Source of the DNA: Callorhinchus milii | Taxonomy: Eukaryota | Direction of reading: 5' to 3' | Length of the DNA: 64,000 bases | Assembly: GCF_018977255.1 (NCBI RefSeq) | Contig: NW_024704742.1 | Span: 7,442,001 to 7,506,000, forward strand | Part shown: positions 50,384-63,319 of the stretch, piece by piece | How the letters are laid out: every line of letters starts with the position of its first letter | Position numbering within the stretch: position 1 is the first letter of the stretch | Position numbers and translations under genes: made by a program | Notes under the pieces: model-generated | Told to the model about the DNA's origin: nothing | The model's database searches: none | Seen by the model: the letters and a program-made list of their open reading frames with translations, nothing else

Positions 50384-50669
50384 TGATACCATCTCTGGTA
50401 TGACCACAAGTTCAAATATAATAATCCTTACATTTGATATTGTGCCTTTCATGTCAGGAGTCCTCAGGAAGAGGTCGTACAGCACCAAGTGGCGAACCAA
50501 GAGAGCAGCCCATCTACTTCCAGACCTCCTTCTCATATGTACATGCCAGGAAGTGGTGTCCGCTGTCTCCTTGTCCCCACAGCCGGCCCAGGGGCAGCGT
50601 GTGGTCTGTGAGAGGCCTCGACTGTGCACATAGGAACTTCTCCTCAGCAACCAGTCAGGCCTGATGTTT

Positions 50670-50787
50670 TTGGACAGGGCTGGTTTGATGTTGTGATGGG
50701 AAAACTGCTGGTTGGCTTTCTGGAGGAATGAGATCAAATGGACCAAAGGGCCTTCTTCATCTGAACCAACCTTGTGATCCTATGAAC
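50670..50787 (+). mobile_element. CR1-like 3' terminus (related at 44480-44540 - and 37385-37430 +)
   Basis: gagatcaaatggaccaaagggccttcttcatc...cttgtgatcctatga. Confidence 0.55.
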
Positions 50788-51502
50788 AAGTCATTCACTT
50801 GTTGTCTGCAGTATTTGAGGCGAGGAACTATACTCACACAGTAGTGTGAGTCATTCATTAGCTTCCCTTACCCTCCCCCTTGCCCCTCCTCCCCACACTC
50901 GCACATCTGGTTCATCCTTAGCAATTCACGGAAACAAAACCCTGATGGTTATTTGCATGAAAATCAGTTTCTAATGTGTGGAAATCATTCTTGTCTGCCC
51001 ATCAAAAATGCTATAAAGAGTGTAAATTATCAAGAAGTGATCATTTCTTTCAGATCCCAAATTATTTTAAATTATTTAAAAAATGACTTTAGGAACTATG
51101 CAATTTCTGGGACTGACTTCAATTAACCTTTCGTTTGCAAAAAACGAAATTAAAATAAGATTTTTCGCATTGAACGATTTTAGCATTTGGTAATGGGAGT
51201 ACGACGAAAATGAAAGCACGGATTTGTACATCCTTAAAAGGCCGGTACATAAAAACCATAAAATATAATGCAATGCACAAGTTCCCCAAGTCTGCCTCGC
51301 ATTCAGTTTTTCCTGTGTCTGATCTACGAAACGTACAATCATCTTGCCTCCACGTGAATGACATTATGGTAATGACTGGCGTAGTTTTAATGCCCTCGCT
51401 GCATATGCAAGGTATGGAAATGAACTGCTTGAATCACCCATTTGTTTCCAAATTTGAACTGAGTTGAAATGCAATGGCTCTCGGGCTTTTGTGTTCACCA
51501 CT

Positions 51503-51958
51503 CATAGAATCATACAGCACGGAAAGAGGCCATTCGGTCCATCTCGTCTGCACCCGCTCCTAAAAGAGCAATCCAACTCAATCCCACTGGCCCGCTTTCT
51601 CTCCATAGCCCTGCAATCTTGTCCTCCCCAAATACCCATCTACTTCTCTCTTAACAGTTGTTATTGAATCGGCTTCCATTACCCTTTCAGGTAATGCACT
51701 CCAGATCCGAACAACTCGCTGGGTGAACAAATTTTTCTTAACCTCCCCTCTGTTTCTTTTAAGAACTAATTTAAATCAGTGTCCTCGGGTTACTGACCCA
51801 TATGACAGTGGAAACAGTTTTTCCCGGTTCAACCTATCAAGTCCTCTCAGGATCTTGAAAACCTCTATTAAATCCCCTCTTAATCTTCTCTGCTCTGGGG
51901 AGAATAATCCTAGTTTCGCTAACCTCTCCTCATAACTAAGGTCCTTCGTTCCCGGTGA
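51503..51958 (-). mobile_element. CR1 LINE 3' fragment
   Basis: PGTKDLSYEERLAKLGLFSPEQRRLRGDLIEVFKILRG...TRGH, a classic CR1 ORF2 C-terminus. Confidence 0.95.
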
Positions 51959-52311
51959 TGTGATGTGTAAAGGTGTGGAATGACGGGAGATTGCACCAGC
52001 AGCCAAGTCGCCAGCTTGATTCTTAACATTGCCGCTCCTCAGAAACCATCAATGGAAAGGGAAGGAAAAGGCCAACTGAGCTTGTTAAGGTCTCGCTAAA
52101 GGGCAGTCAGGAGGAAGTCTTGCAGCATTTGTACACATGAAATGACACATGGCAAAGTGAGTATTAACTCCCGGTTAGATCTGGAGTTAGTGAAGGGGAA
52201 CATCTCCAAAGTACAGTTTTACCACAGCAGCAAGAGGAAACACAAGGAGGATTTTGCTCTCAAAACATGGGATGCATTGAGTGGTTGCGGAAGCCATTCA
52301 GGCAGATATTA

Positions 52312-52678
52312 TTAATAAAAATAATAATAATAATCCTTCCATTTGATATAGCGCCTTATCACGTCTTCGAGACGTCACAAAGCGCATCACAGGATATACT
52401 GCAAAGTGAATTGACTGTATGGTTTATGGGCAAAACGCGACAGCCAATTGCGCACAGCAGCGTCCCACAAACAGTCGTGGATTGAGCGACCCAATTATTT
52501 TTATTTTGAAGGAATTATTATCCCCGGAAAAGCGATCCTCCAATCGACTAACAACTGGGTTCCTACTTACTTCTGGGTAAACAGAGGCGTGCGGAGCAAG
52601 GAAACTTGCCCAACATTTCGATCTGTCTGGGAATCCTCTCACTTGCGAGTGCTCTAATGACTGAGCTACAGGACTCCA
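52312..52678 (-). mobile_element. tRNA-SINE long form, full length
   Basis: All modules are present. Confidence 0.94.
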
Positions 52679-52889
52679 CTGAATAGATGACAGCATCGAA
52701 GGAGGAGAGTGCAACCAGAAGCATAGAGAGCATCAAAGTAACCTAAGTTGCAGCAGGCCTAACCAAGAGATACAACGATAGAGTGACTTCGGCACGATAA
52801 GTGCACAAGGAAGCGAAGGGGAGATGTAACTGAGATATACTACCTGCAGGGGCTACAATATCAGTGATAGTCAAGGTGACTAATGCCCT

Positions 52890-53520
52890 CAGCGACAACA
52901 ATAACGATTACTTTTAGAGCGCACTGTTCACTTCCAGAGAGTATTTCAAAGCACTTCATGTAGCTGACTGGGAGTATGAGCTTGGGGATGGGGGCAGAGG
53001 GGAGAAGGGAGTGGAAGGGAGGAGGGGATCTGAGAAACAGAGGAGAAAGGTATCCAACAGCACAGTCCAGGAAATCAGTCTTCAGGCAAGTTTTAAGGTC
53101 TGATGATGGTGAGGGCATGGAAGCATTTCAAAGTGAGGAGAAAAATCCTGTATTCATTTAAATGTTATACTTTATTGGTCAGCCGGTACAGAAACCCATC
53201 ACCATGCCTATGATTATCCAAATTAAAGTGAACTTTCCGAAATTTCCGTTCACCACATCCCCATAGTCTGCAGCTGAGGGGGAGAAGTAGAGGTAAAACT
53301 GGGTGATATTGTGAAGGCGAGAGACAGCAGAACTAGTGAGAGTTTGAATGTAAGGGCTGAAAGATGGTGGGTACCAAGATTCCACACTGGTTCTGTGAGA
53401 TGAAGTGAAGCCCCGTGAACATCAGTGCAGTGGTGAGAAGGCTTTGATTGGAGCCAAGTAGGATAGTTTCAGTCTCAAGATTGAGCTGTAAAAGGTTATA
53501 GCTCATACAGGACTATGATG
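52890..53520 (-). mobile_element. Highly degenerate L2 fragments
   Basis: L2-like tail at 52890-52960; SRLHNITQFYLYFSPSAA-like remnant. Confidence 0.55.
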
Positions 53521-55721
53521 CTAGGAACACAGAAGGGACCTCTCATAAGACAGCCAATTTGCTGGGTGCTATTGCATTAAATAATTAATTTGTCTACAAA
53601 ATACATAGTCACCTCACTTTTACAGTAAGTCCTGTGAAGCACTATGAGACGTTTTTGTGACATGAAAGCTGTTGTATCAAACGCAAGGATTACTGTTAGT
53701 AGCCGGGGGTGCAAAGTGATGTATTTCATAACAGATTCAATGTGATTTAATCAAATCTATTACAAAAAATCATATTTTGCACCTTTGTGTCCTAAACATG
53801 AGATCAGCATTTCATACATACATACATCGACAAACTTTTACAATAAACATAAGAATAATCCTTACAGCTGATATAGCATCTATAATGTCAAAACATCTCA
53901 AAGCATTTTGCTGGGTAGTATTTTGCTTTTGTTTAGTGTAGTAACTGTGCATTTCAAATGATAAAAACCGGGAAGAAATGGTCACGACCATGCCTGACTC
54001 GGACGCAGTTGCCCCAGTAAGATACACGAAATACCGTCCGATACAATATTATAATATTACACAATAAATAATATATAATATAATATTTTTAATCCTCTGA
54101 ACACATCTTTACTCTCTTCCCTCCTATTCCCTGACACAATGACACCCATATTCGTTGCTTTAGGTGGGGTTCTGCCTAGAAAAACGCCGATCGCTGTATG
54201 GGAGTTTCAATTTGTGGCTCCTTTTTTCGAAAGTAAACATCGGCAGCTGTTCCTTTTCTTCACAGCATTGTATGTAACCGTGAACAGAGATCTCGATGCT
54301 GCCTATAGCGGATGCAACCAGGAGCTTAGCATTTTGAGCTTCCATTTGTCCAGAGAAATTTGCATTTCATTTCAGCGAGGAAGGAAGAACAATCCAAACT
54401 GATTAGGGTCCGTGGTGATGGCAGGTAATGAAAAACTAATTGCATCAGTCTTTTTATTGTAACAAGCTTGACAACTCATTTTCAACTGGTCACTTTTCCA
54501 CCTGCTCACCAGGGTCCTGGCAGCTGAGGCAGGCATCTCGATGGCATGAGGTGAATATCAATGAAGGAAAGGTCAGCTGGAGAGCTGCGGAGTGGGCACC
54601 AGATATAAACGCTTTCGACAGGCAATAGGCATTTTCTCGCTGCTTGCCGGAGAAATGCTTTAGACAAGGATTTCATTCCAATAGAAGTTCAAATCAGCAC
54701 CGTGTCGTTAAAGCATGGCTCGGTGGGTCTTGGGAGGTTGCTGTTGATCTGTTTGTGACAGTGGTGATATAATTCAGGATTTGCATGCTAAATGTGAGAG
54801 AGAAAGTGATTTGATATGCCAGGTAGAAAAGCTGCACTATACATATTCATCAAGTCACAAGGAGGTGGAAAATAATTCAATGTCTAAATGAACTGAAAGA
54901 TCCTGCGAATAAATTGCTTGTTCCTGTTTTGTACATTGCACCACAGATTTAATTGACAGTACAATTTATTTTACCTTTTTTTTTGCTGTTGCCTGCTATG
55001 TGTAAGAGCAGACAGCATGTATGTCCCTGCTTTAATCCATGTTTCCGAGCTGTTGGATATGAAATCAGCATTAAGTTTAAAAGGAGGGGGTGGGGTAAGT
55101 GTTTTCTGGAGTGTATTTGGGACTGTGCCTGTCAGTAGCAACACTGACTTCTGCTCCCTTAAATGTTATATTTGATGCAGCACGAACATCTTTTGTTTCG
55201 TTTGTTTAAAAATTCCACATCAATTTTCTCCTTATGCTTGGGCATGTCTCTCTGTATGTTCCCTCTCCACCGTACATACAGATGTCTTGACAAAGTGCGA
55301 GCTTCACATGAGTGGGCCTGGACAGAAAGTGTTCAAGTGCTGTGTGTGTGTGTGGGTAGGGGGCCGGTAGTGTTAGGGAGAATTAAGAGGGCAGTTAAGG
55401 GTGGGTGGGTGTTTAGGAAGAATATCTCAGCCTTCAATGGATCCTGTCCTTATTCCACTGTTCACATACACACTGAGGAAATTAAACCGAATAAAAGCAC
55501 CCGAACTTTCCTGATCCCTCTTTTGGGGACGGAATCTCCTCAGCAAGCAATCAGGATAGAAAGGTCAGAGCCAGAGTAAGTAAAATAATCCAATGAGATT
55601 CCTCACGGACCAGAACCTAATTGTTCCTAATCGTCAACTAGGAGCAAACTTGGAGGAAAAAAGCATGTCTGGAGTGATGTTTCATTCTATTCAGTGATAT
55701 CGTGCAATTGATGTTACAGTA

Positions 55722-55965
55722 GTAATAATAATAATAAAAATAATCCTTGCATTTGATTCAGCACCTTATCATGTCGTTGAGGCGTCTCAAAGTGCTTGAC
55801 AGAAACAACTTTAAAAGGGGTTGTGCAGGCACACAGCGTAGAGTGCCATTTCACCCACAAAATATACAGTCAATTCACTTTCCAGTATATTCGGCGAAGC
55901 GCTTTGAGACATCTCAAAGACGTGATAAGGCGCTATATCAAATGCAAGGCTTATTATTATTATTG
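55722..55965. mobile_element. Inverted pair of SINE tails
   Basis: - tail 55722-55800 and + tail 55845-55965. Confidence 0.85.
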
Positions 55966-57604
55966 CACCATTTAAACTAACTTGTTGTAAATGTAAATGT
56001 AAAAATGACGGGCGCACCAAAGAGAAAAGCCCTGATGCTATCAACACCGTTTCTCATTCCTCAGGCTCAGAAAGTAATGGCAGCGTAGCTCAGCACAGGT
56101 TAGCGATTGGAGCTGGGATGTTTCTGGATGGTATGGCCCATTCGCACACTGGGAAGTGAACTTCCTAACTAAGCCATCAGGGGAGTGCCCAAACACAAGC
56201 AATTCAGCTGTGGTATTGCTCATTAATACCGTGCTCAGCCTTGGTTATCAGTGCCAGATATGCAGTGACATCATTGCAGGACATGCCTCTTTGCTTTCCA
56301 ATCTCTTAACTGCCTAGTAAGAGGAGCCAGGCTCTTCAAGGATTTTTCTGTGTTACTCATCGCTCCCACCAACCTGCTATACCCGAGACACAAAGCGGAA
56401 TTTCACCCCAGTCGGGACCAGGAATCCACCCTGAAATCTAAGATCGTGGGAATATTCTCAAATTCAATCGATCAAAAGTTGGGAGGCTGCATTGGAAAAA
56501 TGTTTTCCAAATTATGAATGAATTTGAGAATTTTCTGCATCTTAAATTTTGAGACTGAATGGTTTTACGAAGTAAGACAAATGGAATTTCCAGGGGTGTT
56601 GCTGGCACAAATGTGAAAGCTTTTCACTTGCCAGAACTCACATCCTTCACCTTCGTAAACAAAAAATAATCCCAATATTTAGAAGATAAATTTTGCAGTG
56701 ACTAAATGGTGACTATCCTCTCGTAGGAGTGAGGTGAATGGTGCTGATCTGGCTCCATGGTGATATGCTTCACAAGAGAATGTCAGAATCAAATCAATCC
56801 TCTGTGGTGATCTCTAATTCCTGAGCCAAGCAGATCCACAGGACTCCCAAGACACCGCGAATGATAGACCACTCAGTCTGGCTCATCGGCAGGTCTTGGA
56901 AAGGCAGACTTGGAGCAGGGATGCTTCCCACTCAGTTCCCATTAAGCCTGCAAGCCAAAGCTCTAACGGGTAGTGAGGTCCTAGCTGGATACATGGCAGA
57001 AAAGGTTGCCAGACAGCGCCCAACACTGACCAACTCATACTTTGCTCTTGCCGCAAGTTTGTACGTGTGGGTGGTATATTTGTGTGGAACTCTGAGTCTG
57101 ATTTGGATACCCGATGGGTTTCTGCATGTATCAGACTGCAACCAGAAGCAGCAAGATTATCATTCTGCACATACAGCAGCCCTCATTACAGTTTAATTCT
57201 ATACAATACGTCAGGCTTTTTAATTATATTAAGTTCCTTTTAAGTTAGGAAGAATAGTTGTTTTGATTACATTATGTGACATGCTTGTTTAACGGGGGTT
57301 CGAATAATTTGCCTTGCGTGGGCCACCTGAACATTTTATGTTGTGATATGGGAATTGTATCAAACAGGACTGAGGCAGAAGTAATGTTTTATTTAAGTTT
57401 TCAATTAAGAGAAGGTAATTAGATTATGTTATCATTTTTAATGAAGTAAATGGAAATATTAAAAGAGCCATTTAGTTTTGCTCTCAAAATGTATTGTACG
57501 GTCTCGAAATAAAAAAAATAATGAAAGAATAACAAAATCTACTTATTTTACAGAAAAATGGCTCTTAAGACTGTTCCCTCAATCCCACCCATAAGATATA
57601 TGTG

Positions 57605-58220
57605 TCAGCTCGGCTCTGATAATAGCACTCTCGCCTTTGATTGAGAAAGTTGTGAGTTCAAGCCCTGTTTTGGGACTTTGAGCTCACATAATCTAGTCTG
57701 GCACTCCAGTGCATTGCTAGTGTATGCTGTATAATAATAATAATAATAATCCTTGCATTTAATATAGCGCCTTGTCATGTCTTCAAGACGTCTCATAGCG
57801 CTTCATAGAATATACCGTAAAGTGAATTGACTATATTTTGTGGGTGAAACGTGGCAGTAGTGTTCCACACACAGTGATGGATTGAGATATAGTCTAAGAC
57901 GACACTCCAGTGCAGTGCTGGGGGTGTGATGCATTGTTGCAGGTGCCGTTCTTTCGATGAGACATTGCTTGTCCTGAAGTCTGAAGTCCTATCTTAGTCA
58001 GGTGGAAGTTAAGGATCCCGTGGCACTATGGAAAGAGAAGGGAGTTTCTCTTGGTGTCCTGGCCCCCAAATAAAATTGTTTTTTCACTTCATGGCTGTTT
58101 GTGGGACATTGCTATTATGCAGATAGCCATTCACATATATAAAACATACACAGAATTACAAGAGTGCGGTATATCCCGTGAGCACTTTGAGATGTCCTCG
58201 TGATGTGAAAGGCGCTGTTT
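57605..58220 (+). mobile_element. Deu-domain SINE with a nested SINE 3' part (-, 57730-57886)
   Basis: Head tagcactctcgcct...gagttcaagccc; Deu caggtggaagttaaggatcccgtggcacta. Confidence 0.85.
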
Positions 58221-60969
58221 GACTATTTGTTAGGACAGAAATATGCAATGTTTCCTAACAGAAGCATTCATTCAAAATGTATAGTCACTTTTGCAGGAAA
58301 GCCCTATTGCAGGAAGGCCTTTCACTTTAGAGTATAAAGCCTGTGAAGCACTTTGAGATGTTTTTAATGATGTGATAAGGCACTACCATGTACGCAAGGA
58401 TTATTATTTTTAATAATTATCACATTGAATCTGTTGTAAAATATTGCAAATTTCATTCCTTGAAAGAAGGAGTTTCTCCCCGTGTCTTGACCAAAATTCC
58501 TTCAGATTCATCAGTCATTCACCTCCTTGGACTTTGCTGGTGCAAATGACTGCTACATCTATCTTCATAAACAGTCACTACACTTGATAATAATTACTTG
58601 TGAAGGTGGTTGGGAAGGTCGGACATGAAAAGGTGCTGAAGATATATTTCCCCTTATGCCAAATTTTGCTTGTTGCATAAGTAGCACCGTGTGTCAAAAC
58701 GCAGTACACACACACAATCTTTGTGTATGCATTTTTATCTCTTCCCTACTTATTATTCTTTGTTACAATGACATTCTTGCTAAGTGAACTTCTGTTCTCG
58801 GATTCGCAGGATGCAGGATGAAACCTGCGTTTCAAGTGTTATTTCTGCTTGTGTAGGTCAGGTATTGTCAAGGTATAATTACACAGTTCCCTGTTGTTAA
58901 TGAAACTGGTGGAGAGGTCACTGTGCTGTGAATGATCCAATTGCAGGAAGGCCTTTCGATCTGTTTACTCTCCTGTCTTCAGCAATAGACCAACTGGGAA
59001 TCAGTGCTGGAAGAGATACACAATTCAATCCAGTTCACGCAGAAAAAGAGAGAGAGAGATTAAACAGATTGAGGGAATCGGGCAAACCGCACGCTGTTCA
59101 ATAAGTAGAATGTCTGAAGCAGACAAAAATACAATAATGTTGAAATTGACTATTGCAACTGAGGATTAGTTGATCCGTTTATTCACTACCTAACGAAAAT
59201 TATGCTTGGTGTTCACATTTTTTGTAAAATAGCGCAACCGAGAAACTGAACAATATTTTTATCAATGGACATTGGGGTCAATTTAGACGAGTGTTTGATA
59301 TATACCCGAGACAAAAAATCCAGCTTCGATGGTGATGTCTGCAAAGGTGAATTTGTGACATTGGATATCCAGTTGGCAGATTGTGGCTTTCGACGGCTGG
59401 TTAGCAGGTACTAACCTGGTTCCGTTGGTAGCGTGCTTTCTCTGAGTCAGAAGTTTGCAGGTTAATCAGTGAAATGGGGGTGGTGAGGTGGGGGTAGATA
59501 TGTCCCTGTGAAAGGCGCTATACAAATGTAATTTTGTTGTTGTTGTTCTGTCAATACGTATAGTGACCTTGATATTGTGGAGCACCCAATGCACCAACAC
59601 ATAATTCTCCACTAGTTCCTAAACGTACCGTCCACGGAGTTCATTTTCTCTGCTCTGTGTTTCTGCCTCTCGTGTCATTTGCACACTTTTGATGTATGCA
59701 TAGAAATAATAAATATAGTAATAATAATAAAAGGATCTTCACGTTTGGTATAGCGGCTTTCACGCTGGGAAAGTGCTTCACAAGCCTGTACTGCAAAGTG
59801 ACTTTGTGTTTTGTGGATGAACAATGGTAAAAGAGTGGAGACCTTACAAGTCTTCGCACACAAATCATGAATATCCACCACAAATCTTAATCTGGAAATG
59901 AAGAAAAACCCAGCTTTTCATCTGTCGACTAAAAAAATTACAGGACAAAAGCTGAGAACTCTAAACACTGGTCTGGTTAAAACGGAGGAGGCGGAGGTGT
60001 TAAAACCGTAGAGTTTGTCAAGAGTTAAAGGGAGAAGTTGGAACATGTTTTAGATATTTGCTGCTATTCAAAACCAGCTTTAGCTTTCAAATCGAACACA
60101 ATTCCCAGCATATAAGGGTGTTTTTCTACAATTTCTGATGGGCTGAGCATTGGTGCTGAGATTAGCCGTCACAGAATGCAAAATCCCTGTCATTATTCGT
60201 TCCGAGCATTGATTTCAAGGTTTTAATTGTGTTGTGGGGTCTCTCTGCATAAGAAACACACACACAGCCGTCTCTGCGACTGTGATTCAAGGATCAAAAC
60301 TCCTTTAGAAATCATTTAGCTCTGTAGCTTGGAGATTTAGATTTTTTTTATATATATAATGTCATTTGAAAACAGTAATTGATTTTTACTCAAAGATTAG
60401 CAAAGAAGCAGCATTGGATGGAAAGGCTTGCAATTATTGGGGATTTTAAAGGACTACTGGTGGTTTGGTTTAGCATTCAGCCCAGCCAGCCCCCTGCCGC
60501 TGTGCACCAGGGATGATTATAAAGCAGATTTAGAGGAACACGCCAAAGCCATAGATTTCACACGTTACGACTGGTGCCTTACCCTCCTCTGCTCAGCCTG
60601 TTTAATGCTTTGGTCAGTAAGTCACTTTACGCTGCGGTTTTCTTGCACGTTTCCAAGAAATTTGGTGCAAAAGATTGGCGGCTTCTGGAGCCCCTCTGCC
60701 CAACTCACCCCGAGGCAGGGGGTTTCAGCAGCATTTTGATTTGCCTCCCTGGAATATACATGCAACAGAAGCCGATCGATATCAGATCCACTCCCCAACG
60801 GACTCTTGAACATTCTTGTGTTTAACATTGGACAGTGCGATGCATTTCACAGGACTGTTATTTAACATTATCAAAGAGAGAGTTGCAAACTCTGAAATCT
60901 GAAGTCTTTTAAACTCTTCCTCCTACCACTATGATGAGGAGCGAAATACAATAAAAATCTTGCCTGCTT

Positions 60970-61095
60970 AATAATAATAATAATAATAATCCTTGCATTT
61001 GATAGACGTCTATCTTCTATCTTCTATACGTCTCAAAGGCCTTCACAGAATACACTGTAAAGTGGATTTACTGCATGTTTGTGGGAGAAACACAA
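60970..61095 (-). mobile_element. SINE tail
   Basis: (aat)n ccttgcatttgatag...cttcacagaatacactgtaaagtg. Confidence 0.8.
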
Positions 61096-61204
61096 ATATA
61101 CAGATGGGTAAAATCATTGATGATTTTATATCCTTATAATATGAAAAATAAAATTTCTGTACAAGTATAGAAATAAGTAAACTAAAATGTATATAAAATA
61201 AATG

Positions 61205-61370
61205 CCCTCTTCGCCCATCTTCAGTTCACACCTGAATACTTTCCTCTTCAACCGTACCGACAATCATCTCCCCCTTCTCACCAGCTCGACGTCAAAGTCT
61301 ACCATTGCTCAGCACTCTGAGAGACTATCCCATGTGAAGGGCACTGTACAAATGCGAGCTGTTGTTGTCG
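61205..61370 (+). mobile_element. L2 3' end
   Basis: gcactctgagagactatcccatgtgaagggcactgtacaaatgcgagctgttgttg. Confidence 0.75.
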
Positions 61371-61979
61371 ATGGTGTGTTAACTTCAAACTCCCTAAAAT
61401 CTGACTCGTGCTTTGTTAGGGTTTTCAATGATATTTCCCTTTTATATCCTCCTTGTGGGCGAATAGGTAAACAAGGTCTCTTTGGGATTCACTAGCTCCG
61501 AAGTGAGGTGTCTGGCAATGGCATATCATTATTGAGTCAGCCCTCTGTGGCGGTCTCAGTCATCTGGTTCCCAAGCCACGCAGGTATGTGGAACTCCAAG
61601 GCACTGCTAATGACTGCCCAGCTCGCCTGACTCATCGGCAGGACTTAGTGGTTACAGGGATTCTTTCACTCGATTCCTGTTAGCAAAGCCCGAGCTGGTA
61701 AGGTGGCCCTAACTGGACACCATTTCCAATGTCAAGCTGTATGACATGAGATGGTTAAACTCCCAGCAGTTTACCAACAGGAAATCTGGGGTTCCCCAAG
61801 CCTTGGCACTTCGAATTTGTGCCAGATACTTTCCAGGTATAAGTGAGCAGAGTAGCCAAGCAGAGAGTTTGCACTCCATTCTTGACAAATAAAAATTTCC
61901 ACATAGATACAGAACCAGTGAAACTCACTGGAGGGCCTCAATGTTAATTCTATTCTGTACAGAGTTAGTATAATTAACG

Positions 61980-62212
61980 GCCGTACTTTCAGCTGCTATG
62001 CCCCGAAGCTGTGGGACTCTCTCCCTCAATCCCTTCGCCTCGCCCCCTCTCTCCCCATTTTCAGATCGCGCTCGAAGACCTTCCTCTTCGACAGTGGCTA
62101 CGGTCACTTTCCCCTTCCCCCTGGCTTGGCGTCAGGCTACCCCACTGTTAGGAGCACTGAGACGTCATCCGACATGTAGGGCACTATGTAAATCCAAGTT
62201 GTTGTTGTTGAT
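61980..62212 (+). mobile_element. L2 3' end
   Basis: ttcagctgctatgccccgaagctgtgggactctctccct...gttgttgttg. Confidence 0.85.
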
Positions 62213-63040
62213 TGCACCCAGTGTGGCATAATAATTGGAATGCTACAGAGCCTCAGAGTTGGGGCACAGGTAAATCTGCCACTGTTACCACTCCTTTTGC
62301 GACTCGCTGTCGCCTCCTACTGGAGGCCTCAAGGCTGTTATGTGGGCATCCGGTGAGGTCTGGATTGGGCTCTGTTAACAAGTTCTCACGACTGAAGAGC
62401 GAGTTCAAACTAACTGGCGAGGAGCACACTTGAAGAATAGATCCTGGGGCAGCCCACAGAGCTGTACGCCAGCATGAATTAGTAGGAGGTGCAGGGTTAA
62501 AATAGGAGGGAATAAAAAAGATTATTCTTTTTAAGAGGGAGGTCAACTCCATTTAGTTTTTAGTGCAGAGTTTGGTGCACACAGGCAGAGCTCTGCTCAG
62601 CCTGAGCACAGCATATGAAGAGTGCAGTACGGAACTGACAGAGTAGCTTCAGGCTAACATCCTTTGGGTAGTTTACTTTGGACGTGGGTGGTATGCTCAG
62701 GTAATTTATCTATCAAATAGTCTTAATGGCTGTACGCAATACACTTCCACCCATAACAGTGGAAGGCCTTTTCACATTCACTTGTTACAGAACGGCATTA
62801 AGAAATATATGTTTTGTACAACCGAGGTCTTCTGGGAAAAAAAATCATCTCTTCAGTTTGGGGATATTCTCTCAAATATTTGATGCGTATATAATGGGGC
62901 TGTGATTTCCGCAGTTTGCCATTGGGAACACGGGTATGTTTGCAAGTATTCATTACCTTAAGCTGCATGTTATAAGCTAAACTCCAGCAATTACACCGAC
63001 GCTCACTTCAGAGTTCCAAACCTTGGCTCTTGCCAACCTG

Positions 63041-63250
63041 CAGTGGTTCTCAAACCAATGTTTTTGGTGGGTCTCAGCGTGCCTCCACCAACACTTACCG
63101 TGGCCGCAGTGGGTTACTTCCCCCTTCTCAAGCCAGCCACCGCGTTCGGAGAAAGGGAAAGGCGGCGAGAGCTAGAGAGGGAACCCGACTGGCTGCCCGA
63201 CTGCCCCGCATGGCGATACTTGGGAGCTCTAGCTCAGCCTCCTCCTCCAC
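63041..63250 (+). mobile_element. Possible hAT (Charlie-type) transposon left end
   Basis: cagtggttctcaaac resembles a hAT-Charlie TIR and is followed by a GC-rich interior; no partner TIR was seen. Confidence 0.4.
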
Positions 63251-63310
63251 AGTGGAAGGCGAACTAGACGGACCTCGGTCTTTTCTCGTCTAACGTTTCT
63301 TATGTTCCTA
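63251..63310 (+). mobile_element. CR1 3' terminus
   Basis: gtggaaggcgaactagacggacctcgg...ttcttatgttcctat, same family as 431-490. Confidence 0.8.
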
Positions 63311-63319
63311 TAGCCTGCG

